Assembly (NCBI GenBank): GCA_047967505.1
Contig: CM106538.1
Source: Dipteris shenzhenensis
Taxonomy: Eukaryota
Length of the DNA stretch: 64,000 nucleotides
Strand: one strand, 5' to 3'
The position numbers and the translations under genes were made by a program. Numbering within the stretch: position 1 is the stretch's first letter; every line of letters starts with the position of its first letter. The notes beneath the pieces were generated by a model that was not told where the DNA came from, searched no databases, and saw only the letters and a list, made by a program, of their open reading frames with translations. Positions 1 through 13,511 of the stretch are shown here, in pieces.

Positions 1-1880
1 TTGAATCCTAAGAAAGAGGTTAATGTCAAAGTCATTACAACCATCCTCAGGTTTGATGCAGCCTTTTCCTTGGCTTTATACTTTGCTTATTTTGATTAAA
101 CCCAAGAAGCTAATACTTTTTTTAAAAAAAAAGTAATGTTATAGCAAATTTTCCTCAAAATATACAAAGTGTTTCATATATGCCCGATCCTCTTATTTCG
201 GAAGTGCTTAGCAACAAAGAAGAAACCATAGAGGATGTTTGCAAGTGGTTAAAGCACGTTCCTATGAATGAGGCACGAGTTATCTTTACAGCATATTATG
301 AGAAGTAAGCATCAAACCCTACTTGTTTTTTCTATTGCATTGCTAGAATTGTCTCAAACACAGTAATTATTCTTTATTGATAATGCAGCTCACATTAGAG
401 TTTGGTAGTCGTGGACATCTTTGCTAAGAAGTGCTTCTTTGCCAACTCAATGACATCCGTCCATGGCACTGTGTTAGAGTAAGTATAGACCACTTGTTGT
501 CACTTCTTGACATGTAGATTGATATGCAATGCACATATTCACTGTTGTTATATGTTTTGATGTGTGGATCAGCTCGAAAGTTAGTAGGTGCTATCGACAC
601 AATAATGCAGCAATGTGACTTGGCACAACAAATAGAGTATATAACATGTCGGGTATCACATCAAGAGGATAGCCACATCTATAATTGTGGATGGAGGGTG
701 GGCTACAATTGCTTTTTGGTACTTGGTGAAATTTTTGAGATACAAAATGACACCACACTGTCAACATATACGGATTTGCATCTCTATGCATTTATAACAT
801 GTACCATTCGAGCAATCATTAAGGGCGACATTATGGACCCTCCCACAAGGCAAATAGATAATGGCTCAGAGGAGTGCGAATTAAATGCCGTCAAAGAGTC
901 AAAGGGGATAGAAGACCTCAACTCTACAAACATGGCTTCATTGGAAGAATTGGGAAGCTCTTTTAATGTTAGGGTTATGATTCAACATAGACCTCAGTAT
1001 CTTGAATTTGGGGGAGAGGAGATTTCAATCCTCTCTAGAGCTTCAAATGAGGTCAATAACAATGTTATGATGGCCATTCTCAGGTTTGATACAAACTTTT
1101 TCTCTGCTTGATAATTCAATATTTTGATTAAATCTAATAAGCTAATATTCATTTATTTGTTGGTGCAGTATAGTTATCTCACGATTTTGTAGAGCCGTAC
1201 AAAACCGTGTGTATATGTTGGACTCCCTCCTTTCTCCTATACTTAGCGATAGCAGAAAGACGATAGCCGATGTTTGTAAATGGTTACAGCCTTTACATTT
1301 ACATGGCGTGTGAGTCCTATTTATGGCATATCACGAGATGTAAGTATCATGGCAACCTTTATTTTCATCTTATACAGGCAACATTGTGTTAAATAATAAT
1401 GGTTCTTGATTATTCGTGTAGGGAACATTGGAGTTTGGTGGTTTGGGACCTTGGAGACAACTATTGTTGGTTTATCAACTCGATTGCAGGCTTTCATGGC
1501 TCAGTGCAAACGTAAGTATTCTATTAATCTGTTGTTACTTCTATATTATGTACCTTATGTAATAGACACACTAAGTTTTTTTAATATGTCATGATGAGCA
1601 GGTCGATTGAGAAGTTGGTATCTGCTATCAGAGAAACAGGACAGTACAAAGACTCGCTAGACTTCTAAAAGCGTTTAGTAGTAGAGCAGGAAGATGGGCT
1701 TAGTTGTGGGTGGAGAGTTGCCTATAACTGCATGTTGATTTTCAAAGAAATTTTCTCATTTAAGCCACAGGTCTCATCGGAAGACTCTTTGGAGCTCAAA
1801 TATTCAGAGGAGGATATACAATTGTTTAGGGCTGAAATCATTTGAGACCTAATTGCTGCCATTAGAATACAACGTGCAAC
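1..1880 (+). pseudogene. Tandemly duplicated Ulp1/SENP-like (peptidase C48) domain relic, multi-exon, probably transposon-borne
   Basis: Two ~1.03-kb units share exon/intron layout. Unit 2 reads EHWSLVVWD (~1422) and EQEDGLSCGWRVAYN (~1684). Unit 1 reads H*SLVVVDI (~393) and QEDSHIYNCGWRVGYN (~662). GTAAG donors and CAG/TAG acceptors sit at equivalent positions. In-frame stops present. Confidence 0.6.
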
Positions 1881-1896
1881 TGAAGCAATATCAGAG

Positions 1897-2175
1897 CTTG
1901 CATTTAAGGAAGAGGATACTGAGTCTACTTGAAAGCACTGCACACTATAGAATTAGAGACTCAGTGTACACCTACAACACCACAGCCTCCACTGGAAGCA
2001 TCAGAAGAGTCGCCACAGCCTCCGCTTGCATTTAAGGAAGAGGATACTGAGTCTACTCCGAAAGCACTACATACTACAGAAGAAGTAGAGACTGAGTGTA
2101 CATCTAGAGCACCACAGCCTCCATTGGAAGCATCAGAAGAGTTGCCACAGTCTCCACTAGAAGCATTAGAAGAGT
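1897..2175 (+). repeat. ~128-bp coding tandem repeat (2+ copies), Pro/Glu-rich
   Basis: CTTGCATTTAAGGAAGAGGATACTGAGTCTACT occurs at ~1897 and ~2025, and PQPPLEASEE is repeated in the 1929-2180 ORF. Confidence 0.85.
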
Positions 2176-2850
2176 TGTGATGCATGTATGATGTTGTGTT
2201 TGTATATATACATGAGGAGCGTATTCTCATGATGTTGTTTATTCCATGAATATTATGGTTGACATTTATTTGTTGCAATGTATGAATCATGATGTAGTTT
2301 TTGTTGATTATATACCAATTTGTGACTTATTACTTAAGTGGCATTTAGTCATGATATTTATATATTTATTTCATGCACATAATTTTATGATATGAATGTG
2401 TGATGATGTGATTATTTGGAAATATAACCTTCTGTGATGAGAGTTTTGATATGAATATGTGATGATGTAATATATTTCACTCCAAAGTATCAATTCCCAA
2501 TGCTCCACTCACTTAAAGTACAGCATTCCCAATGCTCTACAAAATTTTATTCAGTTGGACAGTCTCCACTCACTTAAAGTAGAGCATTTCCAATGCTTCT
2601 CTCACTTTATTCCAACCCTTATCCTTATCATAGCGAACACATCGTGCCTTAGTGCACTTGTATTCTTCCATCGTAGTCCTTCCACAAACACTCTCTTATT
2701 TCTTACGTCCTAGTCCTTCTGATTAACTTGTATTCATCTTTCACTTTACGTCTTCCCTCACTTTCTATCACTTTTGAAGGAGGGGCAGCTCACTGTGCAT
2801 CCCTTCCTATCGCTCCCTCACTCTCCTTCTCCCACTTTCCCTCTAAGACA

Positions 2851-3307
2851 ATGACTAGTTACTACCCGACTTCATTTACTGAACTCAAATTCTGTCTTAG
2901 ATCTCTTTTGTATGGATCAATGAAGAGAAAATCATTCGAGGAGGATATGTTACACACATGGCTGCTTGATTTGAACTCAGCAGAAGAGGTGAATATCCCT
3001 AGCTTTCTTTTTCACTTCTTTTAATCATGTACTTCTTATGCTAACGAGTTAAATTTTCGTACAGGATATGGCGGTGGCTAGAAGCTGTATTGAAAAAAAT
3101 GGTGAAGATGAGGAAAGCCAAGAGAGAAAAGAAGAGCTGTTGAATGCTTACAAGTCGGCAGAAGATTCAAAACAAGTTGTGAGGAGAGTCTGTGAGGAGA
3201 TTTGCGATGCTAGCCCTGGTTACACATGGTCTGCAAGTTTAAAGTCTGCTTGTTTTCATGAAGCCAATGCCATAGTAGGCACTTTCAAGGACATATGCTC
3301 CCTCTAA
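2851..3307 (+). CDS. Putative 2-exon gene, 126-aa hypothetical protein (exons 2851-2988, 3065-3307)
   Basis: ATG at 2851 follows a CT-rich leader. A phase-0 GT..AG intron (2989-3064, GCTAAC branch-like motif) joins two ORF-track ORFs in frame without stops. No recognised domain. Confidence 0.5.
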
Positions 3308-3539
3308 TGACTTAATAGTCAAGTGATGGAAATTTAATTCCATAGAGACTTATGTATTTTCTAAAGTGACTATAATAGACAAGAAATGAAACTACAGTTC
3401 CACAAAGACTTTTTAGTTCTCTAATGTAAAGTTGTAATAGACAAGAGAGACAAAGATGAGATCTTCTAGGCTGAGCTAATGGAAGGTGTTTTTTAACACC
3501 ATATGGCTTTGAGTTATATGATCTACTTCTTGTACAAAT

Positions 3540-3735
3540 GTGTCATGCTTTTTTTTTAATGTACTCTAGTTTTAATAACATGTCATGCCATTTTTTCTAA
3601 TTTGATTTTTTAAAATCTTACTTTTTGTCTCTTTTAACAACATGACGTCCTCTTTTTTTAATGTACTCTAGTTTTAATAACATGTCACGTCATTTTTTCT
3701 AATTTGATTTTTTAAAATCTTACTTTTTGTCTCAA
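3540..3735. repeat. ~100-bp AT-rich direct duplication
   Basis: AATGTACTCTAGTTTTAATAACATGTCA...AATCTTACTTTTTGTCTC is present twice. Confidence 0.85.
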
Positions 3736-4372
3736 AGTTTTGTTTTATAAGAGCCTCTTTTTTTTAAATGCTTTATCCAAAATTATCTCACAAAACAAAT
3801 TTGGACAGTGCACCAGTCCAAAATTAATGAAATAGGTGTTATTTGCTCCTGTTAAGGTAGCCATCCATTTCAGTACCATCAAGGGTGGCTATTCGGCAGA
3901 CCCTTGGGGAGTGCTCTCAACCACATGGTAGGGACCCATACCTTGATACTTTAGGTTATGCTTGGTATTCCGAAGACTATATAGGAGTGCCAAATCTCCC
4001 TTTGCCATGTCCTTATTCTTGTAGTTGCGATCAAACCACTTTTTATGGTGGGCCTTTTCTACCCATAGAGAGTAGGCTGCATGCAACCTTGTCTCTTCTA
4101 GCCTTTCAAGGCCAACTAGCCGTTCTGCTAATGCATTCTTTGTGAGTCTTTTCTTAACGGTAAGATGAAGGCTAGGCACGACATACTCCATTGGCATTAC
4201 CGCCTCCACCCTGAAGGCTAGGCTGAAGGGGGTACAATGCGTGGCCACTTTGTAGGACGTTTTGTAGGCCCATAGTGCTACTGTGAGCTTATGCTCCCAG
4301 TCGGTATGACTGGCTTCTACTGTATAGGTGATGATCTTACAACACGTTTTATTGGAGCTCTCAACCAAGCAT

Positions 4373-4757
4373 TGTTGAGATATGGTGCCATGTGCATACA
4401 AATTAAAGGCTGAGGTATGGTATAGGAAAGAATTAAAGTAGCCACCCTAGGATGTGGACTACATGATGTGGAGATGTGGATTAAGGATATCCACCACAAG
4501 GAGAGATGTGGATCAGAGGATCCCACAAGTGTTGACTATTCCAAGGGCACTCTCTATATAAGAGGCCTATCATGTATTGTTGAAAAAAGAAGAAATGCAC
4601 ATTCACTCAAGATTTTGTTTATGAGTCCAAGCTAATCTATCTTGGAACCTAATTGACTTGAGGTACATGTCATGAGCACTCTCTTCATTATGTTCTCCAC
4701 ATAGGTTCCATCCACCTTAGAGCGCTTCATCGATCCTGAGGCACGCATGTTTTGTCA
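4373..4757 (+). repeat. 5' LTR of non-autonomous element
   Basis: Direct repeat of 6704-7068, TG..CA ends, followed by PBS. Confidence 0.9.
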
Positions 4758-6703
4758 TGGTGGTATCAAAGCTCCCTTGCCTTCCGTTGAGGCATTGCGA
4801 TCCACACGAGAGAGATTGAGAGATCTTTCATTCCATTAATGAAAGGGGATTTCCGTCCATTGATAGAGAGAATTCGGTCCATTGAATGAAAATTCCGCTC
4901 ATTTCTTTGAGAATTTTCGTCCATTCATTTTGTGAGAGAGTTCTTTGAGAGATTGAGTGTGAGAGATAGGGAGCGACTCTTCACTAAATTTGTGAGAAAG
5001 CCTATGCTTTCTTTGCCTTGTGAGATTTCATTGTGAGGGAGAGAAACTTCTGTTCTTTGAGAGAGTTTCAATGTTCAAAGGCCCATACTTCAGCTCCCAC
5101 CTTCTACGGCCTAAATGACTACTCAAGCCTTATCAACAGGCTCCAGCAATAAGTAGCTAAGGCTTCATCAACAAGCAAAAGCCACCTCGGCTTCCTTGGC
5201 TCACTAGAGCCATAGCGCAACGAACAACTATGGCCTCACGGGACTGCATCCCTGCAACGATCTCCAGCGCAGCCCCAACGTTTCACCTATTGCACTTTTG
5301 TACGGGTCTCTATTGATGACAACACTCCAACGACGCTAGCCATTTTGCAAAGCCGCCGCCACAGACGCTCTCCACAGCTCTATCTCCTATTCGGGCTTCC
5401 TTGTTAGCCCAGGCTCATCTCCTAGCGGCTCTTCCAGCCATCCATAACCGGCAGCTCACAGCCAGGCTCGGCTGGACACCTTCAGCAACAACGGACGAGC
5501 CCTCTATAATCCGATTAGTTGTGGCAGACAACTCAGCCAACGATCCGCTCAGTCGAATGGAAGCTCCAGCGTACTCAGCAGCGCTAACAACAGCACCACA
5601 AAGCGCCTTCAACGGGATGGATCTCCAAGCTTCTTCACGAAACACTTGGGTGGCTACTCCAACAGCAAAATAGATGCCAACCTCCACTCCACCAGCCAAA
5701 CGACGTCAACGCAAGCTCCTACGAACAAAGAAGATGACAGCCCGCGTGACACCTCTAGCAAACGAACCGCCTCTCACATGATAGACCAGAAAAAACTGCT
5801 CGGGCTGCTCCACTGACACACCGCGCCATCGCGTCGCCTTCTCCACCACGTCATCGATGATTCTCCACCGCGTCGCCGTTGTCTGCAAAGAAGCTTGAAA
5901 GCTTCCATTTCTTTTTTCTTGTTGGCAGATAGCATCTAACCAGGGTTAGGTGAAGCTAACCCGTGGTTCAAAGTCTTGGTCAGTTTTTTGCCATGTGGCA
6001 GACAGATTCTAGCCTTGGTTAGTGCAATGGTTAAGTTTAGTTAACCTTGAGTTCAAACGGTTTGGTTAGGTTACACAGGGTTTGGTTCAGTTACAGGTTG
6101 GGTTTGGTCAAAGTTGTGCCAACACAGCTTCTTGCTAAGCATTCTTTGTAAGCAGCATGTGACTCCCTATGCCACATCATCAATTGCCCTTCTTCGCGAT
6201 CAAAACTTCAACAAGTCGTAACTTCCAATCTAGGAAGAATTTGCACAAGCTCCAAAAATGAAAAGTGATCGTCTTTTCGAGCTCTACGCGCTTGTCAAGT
6301 TAGAATAATTGTTAGCAACTAGACACTGCCAATATTGAAAGAAATCAATTAAAAGCACAAGTGTATGAGATGATCATAGCATGAAGCATGGCATCCACAC
6401 ATAAAGCATTAAGGCACATGGAAGAACAAAGTATCATGCATCAAGCTACATCAAGCAAAGAAGAGAACGCCATCGACATCAAGCATTGAGAAGCAACCAC
6501 CTTGTCACCTTTAGCCCACACGTTTGTAAATCAAACCTGACCACCTACAAGTAGCCATGTAGGCACTCAGGGGAGGTATTGACATGTAAAAGCCACACTT
6601 GACCACCTTATATAGCAAGGTATGCACTAATGGGAGGTGATGGAATGTAAACTCACATCTGACAACCTTACGATAGCCAATGGATCATGGCACCAAGGGG
6701 AGG

Positions 6704-7068
6704 TGTTAAGATATGGTGCCACGTGCACACAAATTAAAGGCTAAGGTATGGTATAGGAAAGAATTAAAGTAGCCACTCTAGGATGTGGACTACATGATGT
6801 GGAGATGTGGATCAAGGATATCCACAAGGAGAGATGTGGATCAAAGGATATTCCAAGGGCACTCTCTATATAAGAGGCCTATCATGTATTGTTGAAAAAA
6901 AAAGAAATGCACATTCACTCAAGATTCTGTTTATGAGTCCAAGCTAATCTATCTTGGAACCTCATTGACTTGAGGTACATGTTATGAGCACTCTCTTCAT
7001 CATGTCTCCACATAGGTTCCATCCACCTTAGAGTGCTCCATCGATCCTGAGGCACGCATGTTTTGTCA
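6704..7068 (+). repeat. 3' LTR of non-autonomous element
   Basis: Direct repeat of 4373-4757, preceded by PPT. Confidence 0.9.
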
Positions 7069-9017
7069 GCCATTTGCCCTAGGGTATTATGGTGTTGACT
7101 TCCTATGTATGATCATAAACTCAGTAGTCAGTATTGCTATCGTTTTGTTGAGGAATTGAGTTCCTTGGTTTTGCTGACTAACTCCAAGGGACATCCGAAC
7201 CGCATAATGACTTGTTCATATAAGAATTTAGCGGTGGATCTTGCATCAGCCTTCATAGTGGCTCTCCCTTCTACCCACTTGGTGAAGTAATCTATGGCCA
7301 GGATGATGTATCTAGCCTCGATTCCCTTAGCTGCTGCTGCTGCTAGGCTTATGGGTCTAATGAAATCGATGCCCCATTTCTCGAAGGGTTGATCGGCTAG
7401 GATTCCGATCAAGGGCATCATGTCCGCTTTGTGTGGGATTTGGATACGCTGGCAGGGGTCGCATCGTTTGATGAATTCGGCCACATCTCTGAAGAGTGTG
7501 AATTCGGTCACTATGAGCATGTATTTGGGATTCATAGGATAGGGGTGTTGACGTATCGGCCTGGCATCATCTAGCATAGGGATTGTGTGCTGCACTACTT
7601 AGGAAGGCACCCCTTTCATCTCGATGTACTTCTAGGCCATGAAGTTGTTGTACTCTTGTAGGAGAGCTATTAAGGCATTCTCCTCGTTGGGGGTGAGATC
7701 ATCGACGATGATGAATACGGGTTGGGGTTCCTGCCCTTTCGGGGCTAGGTTTACCTCCTTGACTGGGGCTAGCCCGTCATACTCTTGGGAGCATCTGTCT
7801 TCCCAAGACCTTTTAGCCTGTTAGTATAAGATCTTGCGATCCTCAATCGTGTAGTCCTTGTAATGGGCTGGTACTTGTCGTAGGTCCTCTTTTTCTTCAC
7901 TTTCCTCTATTTCTATCAAAGCAATGGTCCTTTTGGCCTTAGCCATGCTTTTGGATAGAGGGGGTTTGGGACTTGAAGGGGGCTCTTCCATTGTGCTTAT
8001 AGAGCTGATGGGGGAGGTTATCTTACTCGCCCTAGTCCCCTAGTTGCAGGAGAGCTCGTGGTGCGAAGTTGTGGCCACCATGTATGAGAGCCAATGGAGA
8101 TCTGATTTTACCCTCATGGTTCCCTTGCTTACCTCTCGGGGTTTGAGCATGTTAAACATTCTTAGGGGAGCCACCGAGGTCAGGCCCTCAAGCTCTGGGG
8201 TGGTGTTGATCTGAAACCCTATCCTCTCTGGGACATCTATATTGGCTAAGATGTGCATCCAATTCCGCGAGAATTCTGTCTTGGGGAGAGGTGCATACCA
8301 GAAGTCATCAGGCTCCTTCTCATCCTCTTCCTTGTCACTCATAGGGTTGGAATAGGTTCACGGACATGGTTTGGGCAGTGGTGTTAGATTCTGTGCGACA
8401 AAGAGGTGTCCGGACAATGGGTGGGCCTTGTAGAGGTGTGCAAGTCCACTCTCATCGTGGTTTGCTCTAGCTTCATATCCCAGTTGCCGAGTGAAGTCCA
8501 TGACTAAGAACCTGACGGGGTACGTGAATCCAAATACCTTAATGTTTATGCCAGTAAGCACTCCCAAGGGCTCAATGGTTCCCAAGGCCTCAACCTTTTG
8601 GTTTTGATAGATTATGGGGATAGCGGCGTTTGTGTCATCACCCTCGAGGTACTAGCCTAGCTTGTTGATGGGAACCTTGGGTAGGTTCTTCCCCTTTTTT
8701 GATGACAATTGGTTGGGCTTAGGGCGAGCACGGACTGGGGGCTGGGGGCAAGAGTGGTATGTTCATCTAATTGGATAGATCGTGCCATAGGATGGGATTT
8801 CCTCTTAGCAGGGAAGCGGTTGGCATTTTTACCTCTGTCGGTAGGAAGGCAGCCAACCTAGCACCATCACAAGGTTCTTGTGAAGCCTCTTCTTCCATGG
8901 ACAATAGGTCCTCGAAGCCATACAGGTCTCCTTCCTCCTGCAGGTTTTGCAGCATTGGGTCTTCCTGGAACATTTTTTGCATCAGATCCGGAGCTTCTGA
9001 CTGATCGAAGCTGAGGT

Positions 9018-9747
9018 TGTTAGATATCAATGCTCCACTCTCGTGTAACTATGTGGGAACCAGCTAACTCTACTTGTAAGCCCCCCATATGAGGAGAAGG
9101 CATTTGAGTAGCTTGGTTATTCGGTAGGTCCTGGTTTGGACACCAGATGGGGGCCATGTGGGCCATGTGTGGCCTGATGGCTGGACGGCTTTAGATAGAG
9201 TTGGCACACCGCCAACTAGGCTACATGCAAGTGCGGGAAGGCATCCCTTGATCGCACTGAGGGTAGACGGAGCATTTCTCAAGGCATCCCACTCTTGGGT
9301 TGCAGGGCCCATTTGGAGCCTCAGATGATCTGGGATGGCTCTAGGCCGGAACGGTAACCATAGGTCTGTTGCTCTATTTTGCGCACCAAATCTATCATAT
9401 GGTCGATGGCCTACCGACCCCCAGTCGACCGTTTTGGGCGGATTGGATCGGTCACCCTATTGAGCCTAACCGACTACAACTGGTGACTATATAAGAGCGA
9501 TCCTGTGAAGCCCATTTCATCACTGGCTACAGCAACCCTGATTCCTTAGCATCCAGCCTCTGTCTTCTACTATTTCCAGCATGCCATCGAAGCTTCTTTC
9601 ATAGGAGCGCACAGTTGGGAGGCAGCGCCATCTATTGTATCAGTTCTACATTAATCAAATTTTTGATTCTCCATACTATCTTGTTTTCTCTCTTGTGTAC
9701 GAGATCCTGTTATCTGTTGAGCACAGATGTTGTATTATTTTCTTACA
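9018..9747 (+). repeat. Copia 5' LTR
   Basis: Repeat of 13512-14513 without the MITE. Confidence 0.95.
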
Positions 9748-9760
9748 TGGTATCAGAGCC
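9748..9760 (+). promoter_or_regulatory. Primer-binding site (initiator tRNA-Met)
   Basis: TGGTATCAGAGCC immediately after the LTR. Confidence 0.95.
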
Positions 9761-9816
9761 TGGACTCTAGCAAGAAGATTTGGTAGTGTGTTTTCTATTT
9801 GCAAGCAGATTGTGAG

Positions 9817-12800
9817 ATGGCCCAGCCCGCAAGACTGCGAATCCCACCGTTCGGTGAGAGCGAAAAGTTGGACGGCTCTAACTATCCACTCTGGAAGTAC
9901 AAGATGAAGACCATCCTAAGCGCATACGAGATTTGGGACACTGCTACTGGGATGGATGTGAGGCCGGTTGCGAGACCGGATCCAGCCAATGCAAGACAAT
10001 AGATAGTACCAACTGTGGATGAGATTCTCGCATGGACAAGAAGAAATGCTTTGTGTTCTATTGTCTGCAGTGTTAGTGATTCCATCATGGCATTAATTCA
10101 ACATGTCACCGCAGCAGAGGGGGCATGGATGGTCTTGAAAAATCAGTACAAGACCACGAATCAGACGCGGATTCAAAATCTGGAGACTCAACTTGTGAAT
10201 GAGAAGTTGTCTGAGTCTGAAGCGGCAAAGAAGTTCATCACCAGGGTGAAGAATCTGTGTGATCAGATGACTGCGATTGGCATCACCATCACCAGTGAGA
10301 ATCTAGCACGAAGGTGCATACGGATTCTCCCACCAAAGTACGATGGTCTTGTTACGGCGCTAAATACGTAGAACAAAAATCCGCCCCTCAACTTTGAGGA
10401 TTTCAGTGTGATGCTTCTGGAGGAGGAGATGCATCAAAAGATGAGGATTGGAGAAGATTTGGCTTTCTGGACCGGATCAAAGAAAGGTAAGGGTAAGGAC
10501 TCTGGTAACCCATCTTCTTCTGATGATAAAAAGAGAAAGAAGAAGATCAAGTGCTTCTATTGCAACAAGGAAGGGCACAAGCAGAATGAGTGCTAAAAGA
10601 AGATTGCAGATGAGAAGAATGGAATAAAGAAAGAGTCCAGCAACATTGCATAGGCAATACCAGTAGAGTTGTTCATCGCAATTGAGGAGATCTACACGGA
10701 GGCAGTTCATGTACCTGCGGATGAAACGTGGATCATTAACAGTGGTGCATCGCGCCACATGACCAGTCGAAAGGATTTGTATACCTCTCTACAGCCGGTA
10801 GGGAATGACATCCTGGTAGCAATAGGCAATGATGCAAAATGTCCAGCAAAAGGAAAAGGTACGATTGCTCTCAAGTCAGATGGAGTTGTAAAACAGTTGT
10901 CCGATGTTCTTTATGTGCCAGATATTAAGAGGAACTTGTTGTCCATTTCTACGATCAATATGGATCGGGACCTTAAAGTTCAATTTGATAACAATGGCAC
11001 ACAGATTCTAGATCTTCAAGGGAAGGTCGTTGGTAAAGGTACACGGCGCAACAACATTTATGAACTCTCAGCTTTCAGTGCTCGAGTGGATGTGAAGAAC
11101 ACTAAGGTGTGGAATGAGAGGTTTGGTCATCTAAACCTTAGTTCTTTGAAAGACATGCATAAAAGTGGAATGATTGCAAACCTACCAGAAATTTCAAATC
11201 TGCGCGATGTATGTGAAGCTTGCATGATGGGCAAGCAGCATCGGCATCCCTTTCCTAAAGAGGCCAGCAAGGCAAAGGCTTCTATAGAGCTCATTTACAC
11301 GGACCTTTGTGGAAAGATGGAGACAGAAGCTTTGGGTGGTTCATAGTACTTCATGACGCTGATCGACGACTACAGTAGAAGGATACGGATATACTTCCTA
11401 AAGACTAAAGACGAGGCTTTTAGTAGGTTCAAGGAATGGCATGTACTGGTCGAGAAAGAAATGGGGAGGAAGGTGAAGAAGTTGAGATCAGACAGAGGTG
11501 GAGAGTTCACAACTGAATTTGAAAGTTACTGCAAAAGTCACAGAATCAAGAGGCAGAAACCGCCGCCACATACATCACAGCAAAATGGAGTAGCAGAACG
11601 CCAGATGCGCGTCATCTGCAAAATGGGCCGAAGTATGATGAAAGGGAAAGATTTGCCAAAGTATTTCTGGGCTGAAGCATGTAACACTGCAGTTTACATC
11701 CTGAATCGTAGCTACACGAAGGCTGTGAATGGGATGGCTCCACTACAAGCCTTTTCTGGTAAGAAACCTTCAGCTGCACATTTCAGAGTTTTTGGATGTG
11801 ACTGTTTTGTGCATGTCCCTGATGCTACCAGGACCAAATGGGAACCGAAGAGCCGGAAGTGTATTTTCTTGGGCTATAGTGAAGAGGCGAAGGGTTACCA
11901 TCTCTATAACCCTATTACGAAGAAGGAACACTTGGTCAACTATGCTTTGATGATAGAAGTGATTCGTGCTGATGAACCCAAGTGTCTTGAAGAGGCACAG
12001 GGTGATGATAGGTGGATGGAGGCTATGCAGTCAGAGTATGGCTCCATAATGAAGAACAACACTTGGGATCTTGTGGATCGACCACCAAAATGCAAGGTAA
12101 TCGGAACCAAGTGGGTGTACAAGTCCGACGGCACGTTGGATAAGTACAAGGCTCGGCTCATGGCAAAAGGATTTGCACAGGTACATGGTTTTGATTATCA
12201 AGATACTTTTGCTCCCATAGCTCGACTAACCACAATTCGTAGTGTTTTGGATTTAGCTGCCTAGGGAAGTTGGCCCGTGTTTCAGATGGATGTGAAATCT
12301 ACCTTTCTGAATGGAGATCTCAAGGAGGAGGTATACGTGGAACAACCACCAGGTTTTGAGATCCCCGGTTCAAAAGGTAAAGTCTGCAAACTGAAGAAGG
12401 CACTTTACACGCTGAAACAGGACCCACGAGCATGGTACCAGTGAATTGATGCCTACTTTCTGCAAAACGGGTTCAAGAGGAGCCCATCTGATGCAAATTT
12501 GTATATCTTCAAGGAAGGAGGCAGGTGTATGATCGTGGTCCTTTATGTGGACGACCTTGTCATAATAGGCAACCATGAAGAGAAGATCTCACAAACTTGC
12601 TAGGAAGAGAGTTTGAAATGAAAGACCTCGGACTGATGCATTTCTGTTTGGGGATTGAAGTTTGGCAGGAGCCAAAACAGATCTTCATTTCAGAGCTGAA
12701 GTATGCTGGCGAGATACTTAAAGCATTTGGCATGGCTGAGTGCAACAAGACAGTTGGTACCCCTATGGAGGTTGATGCGAAGCTCTCAAATGAGGATTCA

Positions 12801-13481
12801 TCACCACTGGTGGATGAAGCGAAGTACAGAAGGCTTGTGGGCAGCTTGATTTACCTGTGCAACACATGGTCGAACATCAGTTTTGCGACTGGTGTACTAA
12901 GCAAGTTTTCCAATAAGCCCCGGGAGAACCATTGGAGGGCAGGGATGCGGGTGCTGAAATACATCAAAGGCACACTTGATTATGGCATCACCTATACCAA
13001 GGGCAACATCTTGACCAGATTTTGTGACTCGGATTGGGTAGGAGACGTGGATAGCAGGAGATCAGTGACAGGGTACTGTTTCTCACTTGGATCTGGAGTT
13101 GTGTCATGGGTCAGCAAGAAGCAACCCATAGTTGCTCTTTCTTCTACCGAGGCCGAGTACAAATCTGCATGCTTTGCTTCTTGCAAGGCAGTGTGGTTGA
13201 GGAGGATTTTGGGGGACATGGGTGCAGTGCAGAACAAGCCTACGTAGTTATCATGTGATAATCAGAGTTGCATGGCGATTGCAAAGAACCCGGTGTTCCA
13301 CGCTCGCACAAAACACATTGAGATTCAATATCACTTTGTACGCGAGCTCATCATGGATGGAGAGGTCGACTTAGTGTACTGTCCGACTACAGAGAATGCT
13401 GCGGACATCTTCATGAAGGCTCTTGGAAGAGACTTGCTGGAGAGGCATCTTCATCGACTTGGCATTGGGCTGAAAAAGTAA
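9817..13481 (+). pseudogene. Copia gag-pol polyprotein with stops, a frameshift and a short INT-RT linker
   Basis: KLDGSNYPLWKYKM (gag); CFYCNKEGHKQNEC (zinc knuckle); WIINSGASRHM (PR, catalytic D appears as N); LRSDRGGEF and QQNGVAER (INT); YKARLMAKGF and LYVDDL (RT); FCDSDW and TKHIEIQYHF (RNase H). Confidence 0.95.
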
Positions 13482-13511
13482 GTTCACTTGCGGGTGGACA
13501 TTGAGGGGGGT

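Larger units (their letters stand above)
4373..7068 (+). mobile_element. Non-autonomous LTR retroelement (2.7 kb, TRIM/LARD-like), copy 1
   Basis: LTRs 4373-4757 and 6704-7068 (TGTT..GTCA). PBS TGGTATCAAAGC at 4761-4772. PPT AAGGGGAGG at 6695-6703. Degenerate 5-bp TSD (GCCAT vs GCAT); removing the element restores the INT reading ANGLVES. No pol domains inside. Confidence 0.9.

Noticed and set aside
524-1111. 195-aa ORF as a standalone gene
   Set aside because: It starts in an intron and runs through a splice donor; it is one exon of the Ulp1-like relic.
5401-5888. ORFs conserved between the two non-autonomous element copies
   Set aside because: Conservation reflects the duplication. Frames differ between copies through an indel, and no domain is recognisable.
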